From the human T2T-CHM13v2.0 reference genome, Homo sapiens: 64,000 nucleotides of DNA. The position numbers and the translations under genes were made by a program. Positions 49,025 through 64,000 of the stretch are shown one piece after another. Location: assembly GCF_009914755.1 (NCBI RefSeq), contig NC_060936.1, one strand, 5' to 3'. The notes under the pieces were generated by a model, which did no database searches, was not told where the DNA came from, and worked only from the letters and a program-made list of their open reading frames with translations. Position 1 is the first letter of the stretch; each line of letters opens with the position of its first letter.

Positions 49025-49280
49025 ATATAATAGTATGGCCTCTAAAATGTGACAGACCTGGATTCAAATCCAACACTTTTAAAAGAAGTCCTTCCAAGTA
49101 TACCCAGCTCTGCTATCTCCACCGTGTTCCTGGCTGAACTTAATCTCTGAGCTTTAGTTTTCTGATCTGTAAAATAGGTATAATTAAACTTAGACTTAAA
49201 AGATTAAAATATATAATGTAAATATAAATGGATTTATACAGAGTATATGTTTATTAAATGGCTACAATTAGCTGTTACCT
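49025..49280 (+). mobile_element. MIR
   Basis: gacagacctggattcaaatcc...cttaatctctgagctttagttttctgatctgtaaaat. Confidence 0.65.
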
Positions 49281-50441
49281 CAAAGAAAGCATGGGGCATT
49301 CATCAAAGGTTATGATTGCCTCAGATCATTCACACATTTGGCTGTACTATGGAGCTTGCCTAGTTCCAATAATTTTAAAATGCATTTGTTCTGTTTGAGG
49401 GTTCTGAGAAGCTTTGCTAAAATATCATCTGAAAAAAATTGTGTATAATCTGTGTGCTTAAAAACTACATTGCCGTGTCACATAGCAAGTTTTCTAAAAA
49501 CCTACAAAGTAATGCTGATCAATAGTGAAAAAAGGATAATTAATTTTTATTTACAAATATATGATTCAGACTTATAATTTATAATATGACTTTATACTTT
49601 TCATGTTTTCCTTAGTTCCTTTGTATAACATAGGGGAGAAGAAAAGGTAACATACATCATTTTTCTACAGATCTCTTCAACATGTTAGAAAATAATAGGT
49701 GATTTACTCATTTATTCATTGACCTTGAAACTTTTAGAATATGTCATAGATGCAACTTTAGAAAGTATGTGTCTTAAGATTAATAGCTAGTACATTTGTA
49801 TACAACCAGGTTGCCTCTTTCAGGAAAAAAGTATAATTCAAATTTATTATTACAACAGATATCTTCTTTTTTTCTTCCCCAGAAAAATTATGGAAATCCT
49901 TTTTTGAATATGGGACTTTAAATTAGTTCAGCTTTTGTTCACTGTATTCCAAAAATTTTATATATGCCACTTACAGAGTTATTAATCTTTTAAATTAGGG
50001 AGTGAAGCCATAATTTCAGCTGCGTTCTGCTTCCGTAGCTAAACGGAAAGATGCTCAACTTACGTGTTGAACTGTATGACCCTGGGCCAGTTTTTTAAAT
50101 CACTTTGAGTCTCAGTTTTCTTATCTGTACCTACCTCACAGAAGAATTAAGTAAGCAGATATTGTAAAGTATTTAGTTCAGTGTCTTGCCCATGGGAATA
50201 ACAGAGGTTATATTAACTAAATCATCCATATTAATTGTTATTATTTTAATGATTGTGAGGTTAAACAAAATAGTTCATATGAATCCTCTAAGACAGTGCC
50301 TGGTATGATATGTGCTCCATTATATATTAGGTTTGTTCTCAAATGTGTATACTTTCATATGTTTATACACCTTTTAAAAAGGTATTCATTGTGTTAATGG
50401 GTTCAATATCCATAAAAAAAAGTATGGCAAATAGTGACTAA

Positions 50442-50564
<123 letters not shown>

Positions 50565-52444
50565 TAAGTGGTTTATTTCTATTAAGGATTTATCCTTGGG
50601 AGGAGTAAAGCAAAGAAAAAAAGGAAATGTATTCTACAGACATCCAGAATGTTTTGTTCTGTATTCCTTTTTAGTTAGAGTAGAATATCATTTACACAAA
50701 GAAAGGACACTTTAAAATCCCCTTGTATATTGGAATAATTTGAAAGAAAAATATTCATCAGAATTTTCAGAATTAAAATAGTATGACTAGAATGTCATTA
50801 AATTACACCATTTAACTTTTTTCAGAGTAAAATTTGTGTTAAAAAGTTATCTTTCACTTTGTAGAAAGTACAGTTTGTCAGGTTACAAAATTTGTTCTTC
50901 TAAAATTAACATTTTGTTAAAACTGAATTGGACTGACCTTAAGAAAATAAAAGCAGGTGTTTTAAAATGTCTCTTCTCTTCCATCTAAAACAAAACTTCT
51001 TATTCATTAATAATTTTTGGGTTTGTAATAGTAGACGGACATTAATCAAATGATAGAACAGAAATAAGCAGCTTGACAATAATATTTCCTTGAAAAGATT
51101 GTGTAGTCCTATCTGCACCACTTTCTGAAAAAAAGCAAATGAAGAGTTTTAAAAATTTCACTTGTTATGGATAGTTGCCTCAACATTAGTATGAAGTTCG
51201 GCTTAAATTCTTTAGAAGATTAACAGATTGAATTACACAATCACTTTCCAATGATATATCACTTTAAAAATTTCTTGATCACTTTTCTGCCATTCACTAA
51301 CATTATTTGTCTCCCATTTCATGCTCCTGTCACTCTTTGTTCCGTATTTTTGGTGCTTTCAATACATTTTTGTTCCTATGACAGTTTTCTCCAGACTTTT
51401 CTACTTTGCTTAAATCGGGTTTATGGTTTTAAATATCTCTAATTGTTTGCTTTTTCCTCACCTTCTATATTTTTACACATTGGCCCCTTACACTTGAATC
51501 TTTTCCAGTAATATTTGGAAATGTTGTTTGTCTTCTACATTGCAACCAAAATGAAGTTTTTATATCTAGTCTTTTTGAAATTTCAGTACAGACAGGATTA
51601 TGAAAGTTGGAAAGAATACACACCATAACCACTATAAAATGTGTATGTGTTAAGCATAGATTTGGTCTTATAAATCCCAGTTGCACGTTTCTGCTATTTC
51701 TTGGAGAGGGGGAAGAGAATCATTTTACAGTTTTTTTTTTAAATCATAATTACTATTTGATTTAGTTTTTCAGAAAAACTAAGTTTAGCCTATTATACAT
51801 AGTGAGTTATGGAAAGAGCCTATCAGGGTAATCAGGCCTCCAATCCCAATTTATAGGTAAAGGTCATTTTAAGAAAAAGACAAAATGAGGTTTGAATTAG
51901 TTTGTAATGGATTACAAATTAAAACTGTTTTGAAATGGGGAAATGGGAGTGTGCAGCATGGAAAGTGTCATTGTTTTAGGAAGTAGCTGAAAAGCTTGGA
52001 TAAGTTTTTTCTGAAGGAATTTGATCCAAGAGCCAAGAAAAGTTTAACCTTAGTTCAGTTTCCCCCCATTTTCTTCAGCTACAATGCAAATAGCACGTAA
52101 TTGGGAACTTGTTTTATGTTATGATTATTACAAGACAGGATGCCGAATAGATATTCACTAAATAAAACTATTTCTTATAGAACATTTGTTGTCAGCAGAC
52201 CAACCCTGCTCTCATTGGGATGTGAACATAGTTTTTATATTTGTTGTCAGTGTCATTTTTAATACTAAAATAAGCATGTTAATCTATTGATTTAATCTAA
52301 AATTTAGCATATATTTTTGCTACTAACGTATGAGTCAGTGAAATTTGATTAGTAGGTATAATTATTAGTTTTAACACATTGCCTCCACATGGCTTTAGTA
52401 TATTTAAATATGGAGTTTCCTAGAGTATATTGTATAATGCTTAA

Positions 52445-52597
<153 letters not shown>

Positions 52598-53119
52598 TAG
52601 GATCCATAGTTCTTTAAATAAAGTCCATTTACGTCACTTACAACATCTCTTGCTCTTTAAAGAAAATACCAAATATCTTATCTAGTTTTAAATATTTCTA
52701 CTACTAGAAGTTTCGTATGGATAGGTTATAGTGTGGTGGAGGTTTAAATAAAAAGCAGTTTCAGAAATCACATCTAGTGTTTGTGTTGGAACATTATGAG
52801 ATTTATCAAAGAAATGAAGTTTACTTTCTTTTTCCTACCTACTTTTACATGTTAAAGACATGACTGTATCTTTTTAATCTTGAATAATAGAATATAATAT
52901 TATTATCTTCAAATACAAAGACTTTTTGATATTTTGCAAAGTACATAAAAATAGGTATCTTTTATTAGTTATATGTGGGTGGAATTGTTTAAAACCCAGC
53001 GACATTGTTAATAAATAATGATGTTTTAAATGGGATGATTAATCTTTTATATTTCTTTGCTTTCCATCCTTGCAGAATATAACTGTGAGTCATACTGGTT
53101 CATACATAAGCAACAGTAA

Positions 53120-53440
<321 letters not shown>

Positions 53441-53600
53441 TAATAATAAAACTGAATGAAAAATATATATTCTATGCATTTTAAATGTATAACTTTTGTG
53501 TCTCCAGTAGCATTTTCTTACTTGGTCTATTACCATATTCATATGATTCAAAATTGTTAGATGTTAATTTCTTAAAACTATTTTCTCTTAAGTAAAATAA

Positions 53601-56552
<2,952 letters not shown>

Positions 56553-57536
56553 TGAAATTTCTGATCTGTAAATACAATTTTAGAGGGAAATGCACTGTTT
56601 TCCATGTCTCATCTTGAAAAGTTACTGTATCAGCTCACTTGTATCCAACCTGTCCTTTTCTTTTTCTCTGGTTTTGTAATATTAGTTTTCAATTTTAGCA
56701 CATGATTTAAAGAATCTTTCAATTTTGTTATAGATCCAAATTAATAATTTTCTAGGCCCAAGGTAGAGAAGCAGTTGCTAATCTGACATCTTTTGGAGAA
56801 TTTAAAAAATGTATCTTAATCTCCTTTTTGAGTTTACTGCACAAGTGTTGGGGGGAATGGGGGTCCTAAGAGTACTCTAAATGGGGATTTCTGTATTTGA
56901 TTTTGACCTGAGTGTGTTTTTGTTGCCTCTTTAACAGTACTGTTGTAATAAGGATGAATCTTGTAATAACTTTATCAGTCGTATTCTTTTTGTATTTATG
57001 TATTGCATTAGTCTCCTTTAGTGTTAAAAAGTATTATTTATTGTAATTTCAATTTGTTTCAGATATTCTGATATTCTTTTCTGTTTCTTACTCCTTTGCT
57101 TTACTGTCCTATTCCTGCTATTCCCTTTTTAATGCCTAAGATTCCATCTCTGCATGCCTTAGTAAAAACAAGTATTTTCTAAAATCAGCACTACCAAGTT
57201 GAGGGTCCAATCAGGCTATGAGGATTTTAAGGACAATCTTATATGCTCTTTCCACTGAAATCATGGATTCTCTTAACAGTCGTCACCACCTGTTTCCTGG
57301 ATCACTTTTCTTTCACTCTGTTCTTCCTAATTCCTACATAGCCAGAACCTTCTATGACTACTGCCAACTCTGCTGACACAGTTCTGGCTTGGGCTTCTGT
57401 ATGGTTACGGTGATGACAGCAGATATATGGCTATTGTTGGCATTAGTGCCAAATCTAGGTGTGGGCAATAGCCAAATGGAAAGTACAAGAACAAAGGGAA
57501 GAGCCCCTTGCTTCAGAACTAGTAGAATAACTGACA

Positions 57537-58034
57537 GGTACCAGTCCGTGGCCCTTTAGGAACTGGGCCACACAGCCGGAGGTGAGCGGCAGGTGAGCGA
57601 GTGAAGCTTCATCTGTATTTACTTACAGCCGCTTCCCATCACTCACGTTATATCCTGAGCTCTGTCTCCTGTCAGATCAGTGGCAGCATTAGATTCTCGT
57701 AGGACCACAAGCCCTATCGTGAACTGTGCATGCGAAGGATCTAGGTTGCACGCTCCTTAGGAGAATCTAACGCCTGATGATCGGTCACTGTCTCCCATTC
57801 CCCAGATGGGACTGTCAAGTTGCAGGAAAACAAGCTCAGAGCCCCCAATGATTCTACATTATGGCAAGTTGTATAATTATTTCATTATATATTACAGTGT
57901 AATAATAGAAATAAAGTGCTTAATAAATGTAATGCGCTTGTATCACCCCAAAACCATCTCCTCACTCCCTGGTCTGTGGAAAAATTGTCCTCCATGAAAC
58001 CGGTCCCTGGTGCCAAAAAGATTGGAGACTTCTG
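57537..58034 (+). mobile_element. MER1A-like (hAT-Charlie) DNA transposon
   Basis: ggtaccagtccgtggcc...ggcagcattagattctc...gaaaccggtccctggtgccaaaaag matches MER1. Confidence 0.88.
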
Positions 58035-58419
58035 CTTTGAGGGATGTTATATACATGGCAATAATTAATCCTGAGTTATTGATGGAAAATACTGTATCAT
58101 TTTTATTCAAGCTTCCACATGTTGAGCTTTCCACTTAAACACAATTTTTTAATTAGTGCAATGTGGAGTATATAGTAGATATTCCATAGTTAGGTTTTTT
58201 CTCTTATATTTAATAATTTCCCACTTCACCTTGATTATGTGCCTGTTACTCCTCTTAGAGACCTTTACAATCCTAAATAGTTATAACAGACCAAGCCAAA
58301 TTAGAGAAAAACTCCATCTCCATCATTATGGAATTGTTTCACCAACACTCATTTTTTGTACCCTTAATCTTCCAATGTGGTTGTAGTCAGTAATATCACA
58401 ATTACAAAGAATGAACAAT

Positions 58420-58630
58420 AATACTAGCTAAGACGAGGACATGTCATAGGGACTTTATACTAAAGCAGTTTCTCATTTAATCCTCACACAACCTTATTAG
58501 GTAAAATTTATTATAAAGATGAGGACTCAAGATGGCTAGTAACTTGCCCAAGGTTACCAACTAATATGAGGTGGTACCAGGACAGAAACCTGGGTTTGTC
58601 TGAAACCAAAACTCATGCTCTTAACCCATT
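58420..58630 (-). mobile_element. MIR
   Basis: ctcatttaatcctcacacaacc...agtaacttgcccaaggt. Confidence 0.7.
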
Positions 58631-58702
58631 AACCTTTCTTCTTTCCACTGTTCTAGAAGATTTCTCTATAAAGCTCTAGAGAGCCTTTTTTTAATCTAAC
58701 AT

Positions 58703-58845
58703 ATTGATTATTTGAGCTGTTGTGTTAGAAGATGTTCTATTAAATGATCATTTTAGGACATTATTGCTAAAACTCATTGGTTATTTGAGCTGTGGTGTTA
58801 TGAGATGTTCTACTAAATGATAATTTTAGGACATTAATGCTAAAA
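58703..58845. repeat. Tandem duplication, 73-bp period x2
   Basis: Units start at 58703 and 58776; about 7 mismatches in 70 nt. Confidence 0.92.
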
Positions 58846-59339
58846 TGCTTTACTTAGCACATTGGACATATATGTAGTTAATTCAGGCCAAGAAATCAAT
58901 ACATTTTGTTCCTAATCTGAAAAATCTGTATTAAACTTTCTTACATTCTCACAAAGGATGTAGTTTATTTAAAATAGGTACATTCTTTATTTCTAAAACT
59001 GATATTTGGTTGTCTTATAGAAATTTAAAACTTTGCAAGGAAAAAGAGATGTAGCGTACATGATGTCTATGAGAATGAGAATAACAAAAACAGCATTCTT
59101 ATATATAGCACTTAGCCCAGTGCCTGCTACATATATGGGCAGTTAGTAATGGGGAAGGTATGCTTTATCTTTTTATAGATGATGAAGTACCTATTGGGGC
59201 TAAATATTTTTAACAGACAAAAAAATTAACTGTTCAAGATGGCGTTATAAGTTTCTTTTGAAGAGAAGGCTGTTGGGCCTTCTGAAAAGCATGCTAATTA
59301 ACAGAAAGCCATAACCATTATTGCCCCCATCCTTTTAAT

Positions 59340-59656
59340 TTCTTTCTTTTTTGGGTGGGGAAGACAGGGGCTTACTCTGTTGACCAGGCTAGAGTGCAGT
59401 AGTGCAATCACAGCTCACTGCAGCCTCGACCTCCTTGGCTCAAGTAATCCTTCCACCTCAGCCTCCCAAGACTGTAGCTGGGAGCACAGGCATGTACTGC
59501 CATGCCCAGCTAATTTGTTTTATGTTTTATTTTTGTAGAGTTGGGATCTCCCTATGTTGCCCAGGCTGGTCTTAAACTCCTAGCAGACTTGAGTGATCCC
59601 CGCGCCTTGGCCTCCCAAAGTGCTGAGATTATAGGTGTGAGCCAACAGACCTGGCT
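59340..59656 (-). mobile_element. Alu (AluJ-like)
   Basis: Antisense Alu dimer. Confidence 0.9.
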
Positions 59657-59675
59657 TAAATTTCTTTATGTACTC

Positions 59676-59992
<317 letters not shown>

Positions 59993-61362
59993 AAATTTCT
60001 TTATATACTCTTTAAAGTTGCATGTTAGACCTTGGTTTAATACCATTTTATTCACTATTTGAATTGGTAGCTTAAAGGAGTAGACAAAATAGAGGATTTT
60101 AATTGTGATTTTTTTTGGAGAAACCTTGTTATTCTACAATTTCAAGGGATCTAGGGATGTTAAGGAAGTACTTGCACCCTGATAAGGGATTTCCAGACTT
60201 GCAGAATGCCCAGGGCTGGAAAGAGCACAGGGAAGTCTCCTTGCCAAGAAGGAGCAACAAGTAATCCTTTCTAATGCCATTGTAATTCATTTTTTTTCTT
60301 CTCAGTTTTGTTTCTTCCAACCTCCATTAATCAGCTATATTAATTTTATTACAGAAAAAAATAGCAACAAGTAAAAAGAATCTATGTGAAAGTAAATGAT
60401 ATACCCATTGATTTTTATATTTAGTATTTAGCTGGGTAGTTTATATAAATATAAAATAAACTGTACCTACTTCAAGGCACATTTCTTTATTGGTAACTGC
60501 TTATTTCAAATGTAATACTTGCAAGTTGAAGCACAATTTATAGAATACTATTTCCAGAAGCCCTGCCCTGTTCCACTGTTCATGAATTGGTATCTGTTGG
60601 AAACATATTTGCTAAATGGCATACTAAAAATAAAAAAGAATTTATAAAATGAAAGAAACTTAGATACAAAAACTTAACATAAGACTTGGTTTTTTTTCAG
60701 GATCATACAAAATACATGTTGAACATAATCTGTTAGTTATCTGTTAATCCCATAATCTGATAACATGCCAAATTCTTATACATAAAAATAGTTTAAGGAT
60801 ATACATATTTAAGATATTTAACATATGCCTCGCCTCAATTCAGAGTGTAAATCATTCCTAATAATGGTACTGTGTAACATGGAATATTGGTATCTTACTG
60901 GTAAAGAGCTTGAGAAAGTTACTCAACCCATCAGAAAATAGATTGGTAGCCTCAGGCGGGGGCAGCATTTAGTTGTAGCCATAAAAGAACAGTTTAGCAA
61001 GAGCCACAAGAATATCACTTTTGTTTTTCTAAGAGTACTGCCACTCAGATTTGTAGACCAATAGCACATTATAAAACTAAGAAAAGTATTACATAACTTT
61101 TTTGTTTATATTTTAATGTGTTCTTATAAAGTAGTGTTGGCATGTATTGATGATCTAAATTTATACTTAATAAGAGGAAAAAACTTGGTAATTTAAGAAA
61201 ATGAGGAAATGTTAGAGCTGAAGGGTCTCTGATATTATATCTTGGCCAAAACTCCTACTTTTAAGAGTTGAAGTGAATTGTCCACATTCACAAAAATCTC
61301 TTTTCCAGTGATTTCTATTACTGTCTTAATTCTCTTCTCTGAAGACTTATACATTTAGCTAA

Positions 61363-61690
<328 letters not shown>

Positions 61691-61870
61691 AGAGGTATCT
61701 CTTATATCACATTCAGAGTAAATACAATTCTTGTTCCTTACAAGGTTTTGAAAGTGTCTTTCCTTCTCACCTCTTCTTTAGAATACTCTTTCCCAGTTTC
61801 TTCAGTATGGTTTTAGGTGTCATGGTGTCTGGTTTATTCACCATCCTGTTTATCTCAACCATAGAAGATA

Positions 61871-62009
61871 CAGCTACTCAGGAGGCTGAGGTGGGAAGAT
61901 TGCATGAGCCCAGGAGTTCAAGGCTGCAGTGAACTGTGATCACGCCATTGCACTCCAGCCTGGGTGACAGAGCAAAACCCTATCTAAAAAAAAGAAAGAA
62001 AGAAAGAAA
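61871..62009 (+). mobile_element. Alu right-arm fragment
   Basis: cagctactcaggaggctgagg...(GAAA)n tail. Confidence 0.85.
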
Positions 62010-62304
62010 CTTTCCTTTTATACTTTCCTTGCTCTTTAACCCCTCCTCCCATGCCACTTTCTCACCATCAGAGTTCTATGGCTTTTAGAATTTGCAGGTG
62101 AATGGTTTTCAGATTTATTTTTCCAACATTAACTTCTATTGATAGACATTTTTAGTTCGTTCATCTGTCATTATTCCCAAACTAAACCGATCATCTTTCC
62201 TCTGAAATATGGTTTCCTATTATTGCCATTTATTGAGACTCTTGAGCTAGGCTTCTCATTTATAGTTTCTCTAGTCTTCCCATCATCTCATAAGTTAGTT
62301 TTTA

Positions 62305-62420
62305 TTACTTACACTTTACAGATGAGAAAACTGAGGATCAGAGAGGTTAAGTCGGTAGCCCAAGATCACATGGCTAGTAAAAATCAGATTGAAAGTGTGA
62401 GTCCTGATCTGTCAAGCTGG
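62305..62420 (-). mobile_element. MIR core
   Basis: tttacagatgagaaaactgagg...cccaagatcacatggctag. Confidence 0.75.
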
Positions 62421-62756
62421 AAAATCCTCATCCTATTTGTGATATCTCTACGGCCCTAAAATGTTTTTGGTGCATGTGTATGTTTTCTTATTGTAAAATC
62501 TTAAGAGTGGGAACCTATTATAGAAATGTCAGTCTTGAAGTAGATTTTTCCCTCAGAGCTTAGAACTCAAAAGTTCTTGACTTCCCATTTCTGACAACTT
62601 TGTCTTTCAACATGTTATTCTCTTCCTTCTTTCATTTGTATGTCATAGTAGCCTTGTATGTTTGTGATTTATCTTTTTTTCTAAAGAAAATTACTGTGGC
62701 TTTTAATCTAAGTTCTCAGCAATTTTAGCTTACTGCTTTCCCACCTATTGCCAGTA

Positions 62757-63092
62757 CAGTCATGTGCTACTTAAGGACATTTCTGTCAAGGATGGACCAC
62801 ATAATACAACAATAGTCTCATAAGATCATAATATTGTTTTCACTGTACCTTTTCTATGTTTTGATACACAAATACTTAACCATTGTGTTACGGTTGCCTA
62901 TAGTATTCGGTACAGTAACATGCTATACAGATTTTTAGCCTAGGAGCAATAGGCTATTCCATATAGCCTAGGTATGTAGTAGGCTATATCATCTAGGTTT
63001 GTGGAAGTACACCGTATGGCATTCACAGAACAATGAAATGTTCTGTGACCCATTTCTCAAACATATTCCTGTCATTAAGTGATGCACGACTG
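62757..63092 (+). mobile_element. Tigger3a/MER7-like non-autonomous DNA transposon
   Basis: TA|CAGTCATG...CACGACTG termini; internal gcctaggagcaataggcta. Confidence 0.85.
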
Positions 63093-63337
63093 CATTACCT
63101 TATAAATGAACAAGTATATTCAATGTTTTCCCAGAGTTTTAATTTACTGCCTTTAAGCAGTTCTTCAAAAATAATGTACTACCATTTCTATAAGAAATTT
63201 AACATTAATTTTTCCCTTTGTGGTATTTCAAGAAAATATATTGCCTAAATTTGATTTAAGGTACATTTTGATTATTAGTGTTTTTTCCAAGAGAAAGGGA
63301 TGGGATCTAAAAGAAAAAAATTATAGGATATATTTAA

Positions 63338-63657
<320 letters not shown>

Positions 63658-63699
63658 TAGAATTCTTACATAAATAACAAAAGATATAATTAGACTGGG

Positions 63700-63865
63700 G
63701 GCTGGATGTGGCAGCTCATACCTGTAATGCCAGCACTTTGGGAGGCCAAAGGGGGAGGATGGCTTGAGGCCAGTAATTTGAGATTATAGTGAGCTATGAT
63801 TATGCCTCTGTAACCTGCCCAGGCAACAGAACAAGACCGACCCTGTCTCTAAAAATAACAAAAAT
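63700..63865 (+). mobile_element. Alu monomer (FAM/FRAM-like)
   Basis: Single monomer with a left-arm-like start and right-arm-like end. Confidence 0.75.
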
Positions 63866-64000
63866 ACATAATTGAGCAACTTCAAAATCTAAAATTGTTA
63901 AGCAGCTTACTGCAAATTAGTTAATATCATATTTTATACATATGGTTACATCATTATTGCTATCTAAAATTTTCATTGCTTTTTACCATATTGTTTCACA

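Noticed and set aside
60160-60245. ETS/GATA/NF-kB-like motifs
   Set aside because: The kB-like sites do not fit the 10-bp consensus spacing; short motifs alone are insufficient.

Overview
Primate (human-like) genomic DNA covering the middle of ARID2 (BAF200, a PBAF/SWI-SNF subunit) on the + strand. Twelve consecutive coding exons (conventional exons 4-15) splice by hand with GT-AG boundaries and consistent phases. They encode the end of the ARID domain, the helical ARM-like region, the RFX-type winged helix and the giant Q/P/S/T/V-rich exon 15. The rest is AT-rich intron with about 30 Alus, old L1/L2/MIR copies and Tigger/Charlie DNA-transposon relics. I found no prokaryote-type novel system. 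The most unusual items are: (1) a 158-bp, ~94%-identical, still open copy of exon 5 in intron 4, with candidate splice and polyA signals; (2) a direct repeat of the exon-9 branch-point region bracketing exons 9-10; (3) a mirror-symmetric Alu quartet around exons 7-10; (4) weak donors followed by a stop and AATAAA (candidate intronic polyadenylation, best in intron 14); (5) an in-place micro-inversion inside an L1; (6) several short tandem duplications. Exon numbering and repeat subfamilies are recalled from memory, not from a database search.
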